Assembly: GCA_052168235.1 (NCBI GenBank) | Contig: JBQLZK010000009.1 | Location: 85,638 to 149,637 of the forward strand | Source: Thainema sp. | Lineage (GTDB): Bacteria > Cyanobacteriota > Cyanobacteriia > Phormidesmidales > Phormidesmidaceae | DNA: 64,000 nucleotides | Direction of reading: 5' to 3' | Shown: positions 50,635 to 61,198 of the stretch, piece after piece | Numbering within the stretch: the stretch's first letter is position 1 | How the letters are laid out: each line of letters opens with the position of its first letter | The notes under the pieces: model-generated | The model's database searches: none | Told to the model about the DNA's origin: nothing | Seen by the model: the letters and a program-made list of their open reading frames with translations, nothing else | Made by a program: the position numbers and the translations under genes

Positions 50635-53600
50635 ATGGGACGGCAACACGGAATGACAGCACTGTTGATAGCGGTTGGACTGGGATGTCCGCCAGTGCTA
50701 GCTAACCTACTGACAGCTCGCGTTTTGGCACAAATAGCCCCTGGTTTGATTACGGGAGAACTGAATCAAAACAGCCAGGTTCTCAATGATGGCAGTTACT
50801 ACAACGCTTATACCTTTGAGGGGGTTACAGGAGAAACTGTCATTATTGAAATGAGTAGTCATGCGTTTGACACATATCTAATTTTGTTGGATTCCGGTGG
50901 CAACCTGATTGTAGAAAACGATGATGGCGGTGGCAGCACCAATTCTCGAATTGTGCTGACTCTGCCCTCGAATGGAGCCTATCGGATATATGCTAACTCT
51001 TATGATGCGGGAGCGACCGGGCAATACAGCCTCAGCTTACAATCTAGCTCTGGTAACCCACTTCAACCTGTTGCTGCCCAATTTTCTGCTCCGCCTGCGC
51101 CTCGATTCAACACTTTGTCCCCTAACTCAGCAGGTTCTCCTCAACAAGTGGAACAGGTCACATCGCAATCGATCACCGGACGTTTAGATGAAAATAGCCA
51201 AACTCTCAATGATGGCAGTTACTACAACATTCACACTTTTGAAGGAATAGTTGGGCAAGAAATCACGATTGATTTAATAAGTAGAGAGTTTGACGCTTAT
51301 CTAATTTTTTTAGAACCTGGCGGCAACGAGATTGCTAGAAATGATGATCACGGAATTATTCCAGGTAGTACAGCTTCTAGAATTATCACACGACTTCCAG
51401 AAACAGGTACATATCAAATAATCGCAAACTCTCATCGAGCTGGGGAGACAGGAAGTTATATTCTCAGTTGGCAATCATCTGAGTCAGCACCTTGTATTCC
51501 TGTTTTTCAAGAGCCAGAATCTAAATCCTTGAGCGATCTAAATAATTCAAAAAACACTTTAGAAGTAGCACAACTGACACCCGAACTAATTGAAGCAGAT
51601 AGGCTGGTTAATCTAGCAGCTTCTTTAGTTCGTGCCCGCTGTTATGAAGAAGCAATTCCTCTGGCTGAGGAAGCCTTAGCGCTATATCGAATTGCCTTTG
51701 GAAATACAGACCCATTCATTGCAGGCTATCTTCACGATCTGGCTCAGATGTATGTAGGTGCACGCCGTTATCGTGAGGCTGAAACCTACTTTTTGGAATC
51801 TATAGACATTTATTATGAACAACCAGAGCCTTTTGCAGATTATCGAACTACTTTTGATTTATTCAACCTGTCTGGGCTTACACAAGGAAGAAGAACACAT
51901 AATATTATGGATAGCTTAAATGAATTGAGCACCTTATATCGTGAACAGGGGCGCTATGACGAAGCCGAGAACATCCTTCAAATCATGGATAGCTCTACTT
52001 CTAGACCTGAAACGGATTCTTCTGCGCCGGTCTCTTATTTTCCTGAACTAACTTCTGATTCTTCCGAACTAGCCTCTTTATACCTATCTCAAGGCCGGTA
52101 TGATGAAGCAGAAACACTTTTACTACAATCCTTAATTGATAATCTTGAACGCTTTTACTCTGGGCCTTCAGGGGGCTATGAGATACTGCATGAAAATAAA
52201 AATGAGCTTAATACCTCCGATCTATTGTTATTGATAGATATGGATATTAGCACTCAGGCCATTGATCATCGTATTACGGCTAGTATTGGACAGATAGCAT
52301 ATCTTTATCACCTTCAAGGTCGGCGTGAAGAAGCAGAAAAGTTCTTTGAATATGCCGAAAAAGCTGCTGATTATTTTGTTGAAAACCCAGAGTTATATCT
52401 CCATACAACGCGTGAGTATACTGAAAAAGATGTATATAATGTATTTGCTGCCATCCTTAACAATTTAGGTATTTTTAGAAGTTCACAAGGTCGTTATGAA
52501 GATGCGGAATTTTTTTATGTCGCGTCCTTGAATTTGATATATGCAGCACAATTCAATACTTTTACAGAGAATATCTTAAGTACTCTGGAGGGTATAAGTC
52601 TTAGCAATCAATCCTTTGAATTTTCTATTAGTACTGCGCGAACCCTTGGGAATTTAGCAGATGTTTACTATTCTCGTGGTCGCAATCAAGAAGCCGAACA
52701 AATATATCAAAAGCTCCTGGACTTTTACCGCCGAGAGTTTGGCCCCAATCATCCAAATGTATCAGTTCAGTTCAGTAAACTTTCTATCACTGCTCAAAAA
52801 GTAGGAAACATTGAGCAATCAAGAAATCTCTTAGAACAGGCTCTTGCAGCGGAAGAATACAACCTTGGTTTAAATTTAGCTGTTTTGGCTGATGCCCAGC
52901 GCCAAGCTTATATTGCCACGATTGCTGACTCTACACGGCAATCACTCTCTCTCCATCTCCAATCGGCTCCTACCTCTCCAGATGCAGCAGAACTGGCACT
53001 GACCACAGTGTTGCGCCGTAAGGGACGAAGTTTAGATGCAGGAACCGATAGCTTGCAACGGTTGCGGCAAAACCTTACTCTCGATGACCAGGCCACCTTC
53101 AATCATCTCGCTAATGCCCGACGTGAATTGGCTACCCTTACCTTCAATCCACCGCCTGACTTGATACCAGAGCAATACCGTGCTCGCCTTGCCGAACTCG
53201 AAACTGAAGCCAACCAGCTAGAAGCTGCTCTAGCCCGTCGTAGTGCTGTCTTTCGAGCGGAAACAGGACCTGTTACCTTGGCTACTATACAAACTCAAAT
53301 TCCTGCAAATAGCGTGCTAGTGGAATACGTGCGCTATCAGCCCTTTAACGCCAATAACTTTAGTAATCCTTGGGGAGCCCCCCGCTATGCTGCCTACGTG
53401 CTGCTACCCTCTGGTGAAGTGCGCGGAGTAGATTTGGGAGATGCCGCCACCATTGACGGTCAGATCCAAAGATATCTAGAACTCCTGCGCTGTGGTGAGC
53501 GGCTGGCCACACCCTGCTATAAGCCTGAGGATCTGAAACCCGTGGCCCAGGACCTCTACAAAGTAGTCCTTGCGCCGCTTCAAACTCACTTGGAGGAGGT

Positions 53601-54516
53601 TACCCATCTTCTCATTTCCCCCGATAGCCAGCTCAACCTGCTACCCTTCGCGGCCTTGGTGGACGAGCAAAATCGCTACCTGATTGAGACCTACACCCTC
53701 ACTCACCTTACCAGCGGGCGCGACCTCCTACGGTTGCAACACCAAGCTCCCAGCCAGCAACCCCCAGTGGTATTGGCTGACCCAGACTTCGACACCGCTG
53801 ATGCCACAGGAGTAATGCAGGTAGCCTCGGCCAGTCGAGGCGGAGCACGTTCGGCAGATATGGCCAACCTGCGTTTTGGCCGTCTAGAGGGTAGCGCCCA
53901 AGAGGTGGCGGCGATTCAACCTTTATTGGGAAACGATGCGGTGGTTTTGACCGAGGCAAGAGCTACCGAAAACGCTCTGAAGCAAGTGCAGGGGCCGAAC
54001 ATCTTGCACCTGGCCACCCACGGGTTCTTTTTTGAGGATGAGTCGGTTTCGCTAACTGAGATTGGTAACCAGGCAGCCATCCAAGTCGAAAACCCGCTGT
54101 TGCGATCGGGGTTGGCCCTAGCGGGCTTTAACCAGCGAGAAAGTGACGGCGAAGATGGTGTTCTCACCGCCCTGGAGGTGGCGGGTTTGAACCTACGGGG
54201 CACTCGCCTAGTGGTGCTGAGCGCCTGCGAAACTGGGTTAGGGGATATTGCCAATGGAGAAGGGGTCTACGGCTTGCAGCGGGCATTTGTGATTGCGGGG
54301 GCCGAAAGCCAGATGATGAGCCTCTGGCAAGTTAGCGATCGCCGCACCGCCGATCTGATGCAGCAATACTACGAACGCCTGAGCCAGGGCGAAGGTCGCA
54401 GCGAATCCCTACGCCAGGTACAGCTTGCAGCCCTCGAAAATCCTACCTATAGCCATCCCTACTACTGGGCAGCCTTTTTCTTTTCAGGCCAGTGGACTTC
54501 TATGGATCACTTGTAA
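50635..54516 (+). CDS. Exported PPC(x2)-TPR-CHAT caspase-like protease
   Basis: Signal-like N-terminus; two FD.YLI....NDD PPC repeats; TPR repeats (QGRYDEAE); CHAT dyad LHLATHG and LSACETG; HPYYWAAF. Confidence 0.9.
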   Translation: MGRQHGMTALLIAVGLGCPPVLANLLTARVLAQIAPGLITGELNQNSQVLNDGSYYNAYTFEGVTGETVIIEMSSHAFDTYLILLDSGGNLIVENDDGGGSTNSRIVLTLPSNGAYRIYANSYDAGATGQYSLSLQSSSGNPLQPVAAQFSAPPAPRFNTLSPNSAGSPQQVEQVTSQSITGRLDENSQTLNDGSYYNIHTFEGIVGQEITIDLISREFDAYLIFLEPGGNEIARNDDHGIIPGSTASRIITRLPETGTYQIIANSHRAGETGSYILSWQSSESAPCIPVFQEPESKSLSDLNNSKNTLEVAQLTPELIEADRLVNLAASLVRARCYEEAIPLAEEALALYRIAFGNTDPFIAGYLHDLAQMYVGARRYREAETYFLESIDIYYEQPEPFADYRTTFDLFNLSGLTQGRRTHNIMDSLNELSTLYREQGRYDEAENILQIMDSSTSRPETDSSAPVSYFPELTSDSSELASLYLSQGRYDEAETLLLQSLIDNLERFYSGPSGGYEILHENKNELNTSDLLLLIDMDISTQAIDHRITASIGQIAYLYHLQGRREEAEKFFEYAEKAADYFVENPELYLHTTREYTEKDVYNVFAAILNNLGIFRSSQGRYEDAEFFYVASLNLIYAAQFNTFTENILSTLEGISLSNQSFEFSISTARTLGNLADVYYSRGRNQEAEQIYQKLLDFYRREFGPNHPNVSVQFSKLSITAQKVGNIEQSRNLLEQALAAEEYNLGLNLAVLADAQRQAYIATIADSTRQSLSLHLQSAPTSPDAAELALTTVLRRKGRSLDAGTDSLQRLRQNLTLDDQATFNHLANARRELATLTFNPPPDLIPEQYRARLAELETEANQLEAALARRSAVFRAETGPVTLATIQTQIPANSVLVEYVRYQPFNANNFSNPWGAPRYAAYVLLPSGEVRGVDLGDAATIDGQIQRYLELLRCGERLATPCYKPEDLKPVAQDLYKVVLAPLQTHLEEVTHLLISPDSQLNLLPFAALVDEQNRYLIETYTLTHLTSGRDLLRLQHQAPSQQPPVVLADPDFDTADATGVMQVASASRGGARSADMANLRFGRLEGSAQEVAAIQPLLGNDAVVLTEARATENALKQVQGPNILHLATHGFFFEDESVSLTEIGNQAAIQVENPLLRSGLALAGFNQRESDGEDGVLTALEVAGLNLRGTRLVVLSACETGLGDIANGEGVYGLQRAFVIAGAESQMMSLWQVSDRRTADLMQQYYERLSQGEGRSESLRQVQLAALENPTYSHPYYWAAFFFSGQWTSMDHL

Positions 54517-54722
54517 ATATCGAATAAATACCGAATAAGTGCCGAAGGCAAAGAACTATAACCTTATGAGTGCATGAACAAGGTTGGCTATGGTTATTCC
54601 AACAGGCTGAGCAAATGGTTAACGGTAGGAGGTCTAAAGCCTGGCAGTGAGTCAATAGCACTGTCCAAACAAGTTTTGTACACATCGAGTTGAGATGCTA
54701 CTTCTGAGATGTCGCAGAATTC

Positions 54723-56090
54723 ATGAATAACGTTTTTCGCTACTGGCAACTGGTGCGTCTTACCAGCGCTGGCCAGCTGCAACCCATGGAGATAGTCTCC
54801 GTCAAGAACTGGCTAAAAACCACCTATTCCGACCTGCTGATTGACTTAGAGGAGAATGATGGCAAGCTGCAGCAGGCGTTGCTGTCTACCTGGCAGGAAG
54901 GGGGGCAATCTGAAAATTTGGCCCAAATGAGCCTGCGCTGCTGGATTTCTCATCAGATTCGCAACAGCTGTGTGAGTCTGGCCAAGCGCTATGGAGAGCG
55001 CCATGGCTTTGGAGCACCAGATCTGTTTCCCTTGGTTCTGGATGACGATGGTCAATCGGCTCCTACCTACCATCCCCTCAGTTTGGAAATTTTAGCCACC
55101 TTCGATCCGACCAAGGCCAGTTTGAGTACCTGGTGCAGTCGGCTGACCAAAAGCTATCCGGCCCTTACCCGTCTGCTGCTCGAAAAAGGCATATACCTAG
55201 CCAGTGACTGGGCAATCCTAAACGATACAAAAGTGGATCAGGTGCAGCGCATTTTGCGGGAGTATCACCTCTGTAGCGAATTTGAAATCGATCAGGCAGC
55301 GGGGCTATTGGAGCGCTACCAGGCAGTGTATCAGCGCGATCGCATTCTCCAACGTCAGGCAGGCCAAACTGGACGTTGCCCGGAGCCCACCTCCGAGCAA
55401 CTCAGGCAGATGATACCGTCCCTCAGCCCCAAAACAGTCAAGGCCCAGCTAAAGCAGTTGGCCAGTCAGCTGCGTCAGTACCGCATCCATGTTCGCAGCG
55501 GCAATCCCAAAATTTACCAAACTCAGGATGACGGTGAACTGGAGCGTATTGCCGGAACCGCTAATTTCCCCCTATACGATGAAGACGACGCGGTCACCTT
55601 TCTACACCGCTACCGGGAGGTGCTAAATCGGTTACTGGGGCAGACCATTGCTCAGACCCTTACCGCCAACTTAAATCGCCTGAGCGAACGTACCCCGCCT
55701 CAGGATCAGGCCTATGTGCAGGGGCTTCACCTACGCCTGTGTGAAGGAGTAGCTATGGCCAAAATTGCCTCCCATATTGGCTTTAGCTCTCAAGTGCAGG
55801 TAACCAGGCTGCTCAATCTAAAAAGGCTACGATCGGATGTGCGCCATCTGTTGATTCCCAAGCTGACGGCAGCAGTGCGACAGGATGTAGCGGAGATGGG
55901 GATGGTTTCTGCCGAACGGCTTCAGGCTATCGACACCATCCTGGAAACATTACTGACCGAGCAGATAGATACCCTGATAGCCGATGCCGCAGCAGAGGCC
56001 CAATCCCCAAAACCTCGGTTGGTCAAGAGTCGTTTTACAGATCAAGTCTGCTCCGAAATCCATGCTTTCATGACAGGTCAAGCACCATGA
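54723..56090 (+). CDS. Sigma-70-like / HetZ-related DNA-binding protein
   Basis: FDPTKASLSTW (region-2-like), SDWAILN, and MAKIASHIGFSSQVQVTRLL (region-4-like HTH). Confidence 0.6.
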   Translation: MNNVFRYWQLVRLTSAGQLQPMEIVSVKNWLKTTYSDLLIDLEENDGKLQQALLSTWQEGGQSENLAQMSLRCWISHQIRNSCVSLAKRYGERHGFGAPDLFPLVLDDDGQSAPTYHPLSLEILATFDPTKASLSTWCSRLTKSYPALTRLLLEKGIYLASDWAILNDTKVDQVQRILREYHLCSEFEIDQAAGLLERYQAVYQRDRILQRQAGQTGRCPEPTSEQLRQMIPSLSPKTVKAQLKQLASQLRQYRIHVRSGNPKIYQTQDDGELERIAGTANFPLYDEDDAVTFLHRYREVLNRLLGQTIAQTLTANLNRLSERTPPQDQAYVQGLHLRLCEGVAMAKIASHIGFSSQVQVTRLLNLKRLRSDVRHLLIPKLTAAVRQDVAEMGMVSAERLQAIDTILETLLTEQIDTLIADAAAEAQSPKPRLVKSRFTDQVCSEIHAFMTGQAP

Positions 56091-57259
56091 ATACGCGAAT
56101 TGTCTCTTCCGCTACTTTTGTGAGTCTGCAACCCATGCATCATTTCACCGAACTGTCAGATTATGAGTTTAACCCTCTCCAGCCGACCACGGTGATATTG
56201 CCTGCCCCTGCTTTGGAGTGGGCAGTACGGATTTGCCAGCGAGTGACCCTAGGGCAACAGTGGGCTACCTTTTTACAGGCTGTAGCTCTACAGGGTGTAC
56301 AGCACTGGCTGGAATCTGGAGCCACGGGAATACGCTTCATCTATGACCATAGTGAACCACCAGGCTCGGGAGTTCAGGGGGAGGTCAATGGTTTTCGCCT
56401 CTGCATTGTGCCCCAAGGAACACTTAGTGAGGGACAGGTCACCATTCCTCAAACTACCCTTGACAGTACTCAGGGCTTTGCCCATCTCTACCTGCTAGCT
56501 GAAGTGCAAGAAGAGGCTAACCAGGTCACTATTCTCTGCGGTTTACGCCGCGATCGCCTGCTCGCCCAGCGAGAGACCCTTATTCCTAATGGCAACAGCA
56601 CCTACTCTGTGCCGGTAGCCTGTTTCGATACCTCCCCCGAGGAGATGTTGCTTTACCTCAACTGCCTCACCCCCACCCAGTTAGAGACTTCTGCTCAGGA
56701 AACTCCAGCCCAGTTCTCAACGATTCAGGAGAGTATCAATGTGGGACGCTGGCTGAGCGATCGCTTCAACACTCTGACCGACACCGTTACCAGTACCCTG
56801 ACCTGGGCGCTGCTACCGCCCCTGTCAGCATCTCACGCCATGATGTCGGCCCACACACCCGCCGAGGCTCTTGAGACGGTGCTACGCGAGTTAGAACCTG
56901 CCGGGATAGTCATCCCCGCGATGGCTAGGGGAGCTTATACGAATCTGCAAACAGCAGGGGTACCTCTACGTCTCTATGCTCTCACCTGGGCTCACCTGGA
57001 GGATTCTCAGCCGGAGTGGTGCCTATTTTTGGTGCTGGGGCCCGCACCCAATGAACAGATGCTGCCCGGCACTCGGTTGATGGTGCGCGATGCCGCCACA
57101 GTTCTGGCTGAAAGTACCCTTTCTCCTAGCCGCAGCACCAACCACCTCTACGCCCAGGTTTTCGGTGCTTGGGATGAATCCTTTACGGTCTCTGTCGAGC
57201 TGCCCAATGGAGCGACGCTGAGCTGGCCTCCCTTTATCTTTCAACCCGAAGCGGAATAA
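56087..57259 (+). CDS. DUF1822-family protein
   Basis: HLYLLAEVQEE, INVGRWL, HLYAQVFG.WDESF.V and terminal PPF motifs; 4-bp overlap with the upstream gene. Confidence 0.8.
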   Translation: MNTRIVSSATFVSLQPMHHFTELSDYEFNPLQPTTVILPAPALEWAVRICQRVTLGQQWATFLQAVALQGVQHWLESGATGIRFIYDHSEPPGSGVQGEVNGFRLCIVPQGTLSEGQVTIPQTTLDSTQGFAHLYLLAEVQEEANQVTILCGLRRDRLLAQRETLIPNGNSTYSVPVACFDTSPEEMLLYLNCLTPTQLETSAQETPAQFSTIQESINVGRWLSDRFNTLTDTVTSTLTWALLPPLSASHAMMSAHTPAEALETVLRELEPAGIVIPAMARGAYTNLQTAGVPLRLYALTWAHLEDSQPEWCLFLVLGPAPNEQMLPGTRLMVRDAATVLAESTLSPSRSTNHLYAQVFGAWDESFTVSVELPNGATLSWPPFIFQPEAE

Positions 57260-57262
57260 CTT

Positions 57263-59569
57263 ATGCCACACCGCCTCACTGTTCACAAAGTTGATCACAG
57301 TTGCCTGTTCGATCTCTCCTGGGGAGAGGGGCAACGACTAACGGCTAGTGTTACGTTTCCAGCAGGGTTGTTGTCTCTGTATCGAGCCTGGCAACGAGCT
57401 TATCTCGGTTACTACAAGCAAGCGCTACGGGGTCGAGTGGGGGCAACGGGCCAGTTGGCAGCAGCAGTGGATTGGCACAGCCAGTTGGTACAGGCAGAGG
57501 CGCGGTTGCTGTCAGAGTTTCACACTTGGCTCAAGCAGGGGGATCTGTACGACCTGCGCCAAGAGGTGCAGGTCGCGGCCCAGACCGAAGGTATGGTGGA
57601 ACTGTTTCTCACCTGTACGCCACTGGATCTGGCCCGATTGCCTTGGGAAACGTGGGAGTTTGGCCCGCCAGTACAGATTGTGCGATCGCCCGCTACTATT
57701 CGGGCAGCTACTAGACTTAGGCAGACTTGGCGGCGGGGTAAGACAAGGGTATTGGCTATTTTGGGCGATGAAACCGGGCTTAACTTTAGTGGCGAACGCC
57801 ATGCCCTTGATGCCCAGCGACGGCTGATAGAGATTAACTATGTGGGCTGGCAACCGGGAGAAGATCCCATCAGTCTAAAGCAGCGAGTCTGTGAAGCTAT
57901 TGCCGACCCTGAAGGCTGGGACGTGCTGTTTTTTGCAGGCCACAGCAATGAGGCGGCTTTGGTAGGGGGGCAGATTGCGATCGCGCCTAGTACCACCCTC
58001 ACGGTTAAAGATCTGGCTCCTTATCTGCAAGCTGCCCAAGGGCGGGGGCTTCAGTTTGCCTTGTTTAACTCGTGCAGTGGTATGGATATTGCCCAGGGGC
58101 TGATCAACCTTGGCCTCAGCCAGGTGGCGATTATGCGAGAACCCATCCACAACGAGGTAGCCCAAACGTTTTTGGTGCAGGTGTTGAAACGACTGGCTCA
58201 GCAGCAGAACGTGCAAGAGGCGCTGCACGGAACCTGTCAGTTTCTCAAAGCTGAGAAAAGCCTGACCTACCCCTCGGCTTATTTAGTACCGTCGCTATTT
58301 CGCCATCCGGCCTCGTTGCCTTACCGGATCGAGTCGATAGACTGGCAATCTCAGCTACGACGCTGGCGACCTACCCCACGTGAGGCATTGACAGTAGCTA
58401 CCCTGATCATAGTGAGTCTGATTCCGGCTTATGAATCCTGGGCACCCCAGGCCTGGCTGATGGATCAACGGGTTGGGGTACAGGCCAGATATCGAGAGCT
58501 AACCGGACAGGTGCCACAGTTACCAGCTACCCCCATCGTACTAGTGCAGGTAGATGGGGATAGCCTTATTCGAAAGGGGGCTACAATCTACAAACCCATT
58601 GACCGCTCCCTTCTGGCGGCAGTGGTAACCGAGCTAACCCAGCGGAGAGCAACTGTCATCGGTATTGACTACGTTCTCGATCTGGCGCAGCCTGACCACG
58701 ATACATCGCTGAATCAGGCCCTGCAACAATCTCTTACTCAAAACCAAAGCCAGTTGGTATTTGCCACTTTCCGCCAGCGGGGAATTTGGTTGAAGCCCTA
58801 TCCTGAGGTTATTAATCTCAACAACATTAAAACAGGTGATATCTGGGTACCCTGGTGGCGCATCCATCCCCGTCGCTCTAGTCCTGGTTGGCCAGCCCCC
58901 TTTAGCTATGAACTAGCCGTTGCTCACCGCCATCAGCAGGAACGAACGAACTTGACTAAGGCACCCAATCTACCCCATCGCGCCTACCTACATCCCCTTA
59001 CCCAATTTTCCTATCAATTTGGTCAGCAGTGGCTACAGCCACTACTGGATTTATCCATTCCTCCAGAGCAGGTATTTGTGGCGGTTCCAGCCTGGCAATT
59101 GTGGGAAGCCCCTAACCTACTACCAAATTTACAGGAGGCGATTGTGATAGTAGCTCCTGGTGGCTACCATGCAGCGGGACTTACTGCCGACGGGGAAGAT
59201 AATATGCCCGCCCCCCCTGCCTTTGCTTATTGGCGCAATCGCACATCCCTTCCTGCCGACGTGATTACCGGCGGCGAAGCCCACGCCTACATGCTTCACC
59301 ACCTGATTACTAATCACCTGGTAGTGCCCATCCCTGATGTTTGGCTGATTCTAGTGGCGGCTTTAGGGGGAAAAGCCCTGGCTCTATATCTGCAAGCGCG
59401 ATCCTACCGGCCTCGCTATGTCATACCAGTCTTGGGGGGGGGCACTATAGGCTACGGGTTAGCGTCCCTACAGTTCTACATCAGCGGGACAGTACTGGTG
59501 CCTTGGCTTTTACCATCGCTAACAATCTGGCTATATTATTTATCAACCCTAAGGGAAAATACGGAATGA
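57263..59569 (+). CDS. CHAT-TM-CHASE2 transmembrane protein
   Basis: LPWETW, FFAGHS and FNSCSG (His/Cys dyad); a TM segment; CHASE2-like DRSLLA..VIGIDY..GGEAHAY; three C-terminal TM segments. Confidence 0.85.
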   Translation: MPHRLTVHKVDHSCLFDLSWGEGQRLTASVTFPAGLLSLYRAWQRAYLGYYKQALRGRVGATGQLAAAVDWHSQLVQAEARLLSEFHTWLKQGDLYDLRQEVQVAAQTEGMVELFLTCTPLDLARLPWETWEFGPPVQIVRSPATIRAATRLRQTWRRGKTRVLAILGDETGLNFSGERHALDAQRRLIEINYVGWQPGEDPISLKQRVCEAIADPEGWDVLFFAGHSNEAALVGGQIAIAPSTTLTVKDLAPYLQAAQGRGLQFALFNSCSGMDIAQGLINLGLSQVAIMREPIHNEVAQTFLVQVLKRLAQQQNVQEALHGTCQFLKAEKSLTYPSAYLVPSLFRHPASLPYRIESIDWQSQLRRWRPTPREALTVATLIIVSLIPAYESWAPQAWLMDQRVGVQARYRELTGQVPQLPATPIVLVQVDGDSLIRKGATIYKPIDRSLLAAVVTELTQRRATVIGIDYVLDLAQPDHDTSLNQALQQSLTQNQSQLVFATFRQRGIWLKPYPEVINLNNIKTGDIWVPWWRIHPRRSSPGWPAPFSYELAVAHRHQQERTNLTKAPNLPHRAYLHPLTQFSYQFGQQWLQPLLDLSIPPEQVFVAVPAWQLWEAPNLLPNLQEAIVIVAPGGYHAAGLTADGEDNMPAPPAFAYWRNRTSLPADVITGGEAHAYMLHHLITNHLVVPIPDVWLILVAALGGKALALYLQARSYRPRYVIPVLGGGTIGYGLASLQFYISGTVLVPWLLPSLTIWLYYLSTLRENTE

Positions 59570-60309
59570 AATACATTCAATGGTTATCGTCTATTGGGCT
59601 CAGCCTAGCGATTGTGCCTGCTGCCGTTGGTCTAGGCAATCAAGCCACTGCCCAAACTGCTCCCATTCATCTCAGTCTGCGTCAAACCATGATTGACTTC
59701 TTTAGTCGAGACGATGCAGAAGATCGCAGCCGGGGCCAAGCTGGTACGTCGCGCGGCGAGGAGGAATCTTTATGTATTCTCACTCCTGGTCGCAACGAAA
59801 TTATCTGGCATCAACAGCCCTTTTTTGCCGTGCAGGGAGCGATAAACCGTATAGAGGTGCGGGAACCCTGGAAAGATCTAACCCAACCGGCTCCCCCTAT
59901 TCTGGGAGTTGACAGAACAATGCCTAACGCTGATGGATTTGTGCTTACTCACTTTGGTGACATGGCACTGCAACCCGGCACAGATTACGAGTGGCTGTTC
60001 TACGACACCCTAGATGATGACATTCTCTATCTGCTCCCCTTTTCGGTGATGGAAGCGGGAGAAGAACGCGACAAAATTGCCACCGACTTAGCCCAGCTAG
60101 AGGCCGAGTTGACCCAAGAGGGAGCCACCACCGAGGCCATCGCCCAGGCCCAGGCTGATTATTTCCTGGCACGAGATATGCCCGCTGATGCCCTCCAAAG
60201 CCTCTTTGCGATAGAGGAGCCCTCCGCTGACCTAGTTGCCCTCCGCACCGAAACCATTGAGACCATTTGCAGTTTTCGCTTGGGTCATAGAGACACCATC
60301 AGTGAATAG
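59566..60309 (+). CDS. DUF928-like exported protein
   Basis: Signal peptide; GTSRG, LCILTPG and LQPGTDYEW motifs; ATGA overlap with the upstream stop. Confidence 0.7.
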   Translation: MKYIQWLSSIGLSLAIVPAAVGLGNQATAQTAPIHLSLRQTMIDFFSRDDAEDRSRGQAGTSRGEEESLCILTPGRNEIIWHQQPFFAVQGAINRIEVREPWKDLTQPAPPILGVDRTMPNADGFVLTHFGDMALQPGTDYEWLFYDTLDDDILYLLPFSVMEAGEERDKIATDLAQLEAELTQEGATTEAIAQAQADYFLARDMPADALQSLFAIEEPSADLVALRTETIETICSFRLGHRDTISE

Positions 60310-60364
60310 GTGACCGTTTCCAGGAACTATTCCCGGTTAGTCCCTCATTCATCAGATTCTTTTT

Positions 60365-60901
60365 ATGACAAAGCAAATTAATCAGATTACCTTTGGTGCT
60401 GTTAAATGGCGATGGCCAATAGCAATGCTATCAGCTTTAACATCCCTCGTGGTTACGGTAGACAGTGCCATTGCAACAGACAGTGCCGATATTGTCCACA
60501 GCTGGCAACCTGATACACTGCGTAGCATCTCGCAACTCCATGTACGGATGTCTAAAGTATGTCGATTTGGGGCCAGTGCCGAACGCCTCCGAGAAGGCAT
60601 AGAAGGCTATTTACTTCGCAATGGCCTGCCGATCAACTCTAATCCGACCAATCAACCTGTGACCCCTTATGTGTTGATTCAGATAGGTTGTGGCTCAGAT
60701 ATGCAGGATACATCCCTCGATATGAGCTTGCATGTGATACAGAGCGTGCAGCTTAATAACCAAACCATTCGGGCTGAAACTTACACTGGTGGCTTGGGTT
60801 TCAGGGGTTGTACCAATGCGACCGAGTACACCCAACGTGAACCCGAATTGATTACCGAGATGTTGAACTTCTTCATTTCCGATTGGAACTCAGTGCGGTA
60901 A
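60365..60901 (+). CDS. Hypothetical exported protein
   Basis: Signal-peptide-like N-terminus; 178 aa. Confidence 0.65.
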   Translation: MTKQINQITFGAVKWRWPIAMLSALTSLVVTVDSAIATDSADIVHSWQPDTLRSISQLHVRMSKVCRFGASAERLREGIEGYLLRNGLPINSNPTNQPVTPYVLIQIGCGSDMQDTSLDMSLHVIQSVQLNNQTIRAETYTGGLGFRGCTNATEYTQREPELITEMLNFFISDWNSVR

Positions 60902-61198
60902 GCCCTTGCCCCAGTGCTTCAAGCCCACCACTGGTTAAATTTCTCCTAAATATCGCCTGGTTAAATTTGCTTACTAACATTGCGGAATTGGCTATCTGCA
61001 ATGCATTTCAAGGTGCAGGTACCTGGAGAGCAGAAACTAAGTTTTATAGATGCCCCATCTGCCCGCATGAATAAGTTCTGCCTCTCCAGAAACATACCTT
61101 TTCAACAGCGGTTACAGTCGCACCTTTGAATAAGCTCAGGCTACCTAGAACTAAGGATCGATAACCGCCAACAACGTCTTCTATAAAGGACAATTCCT

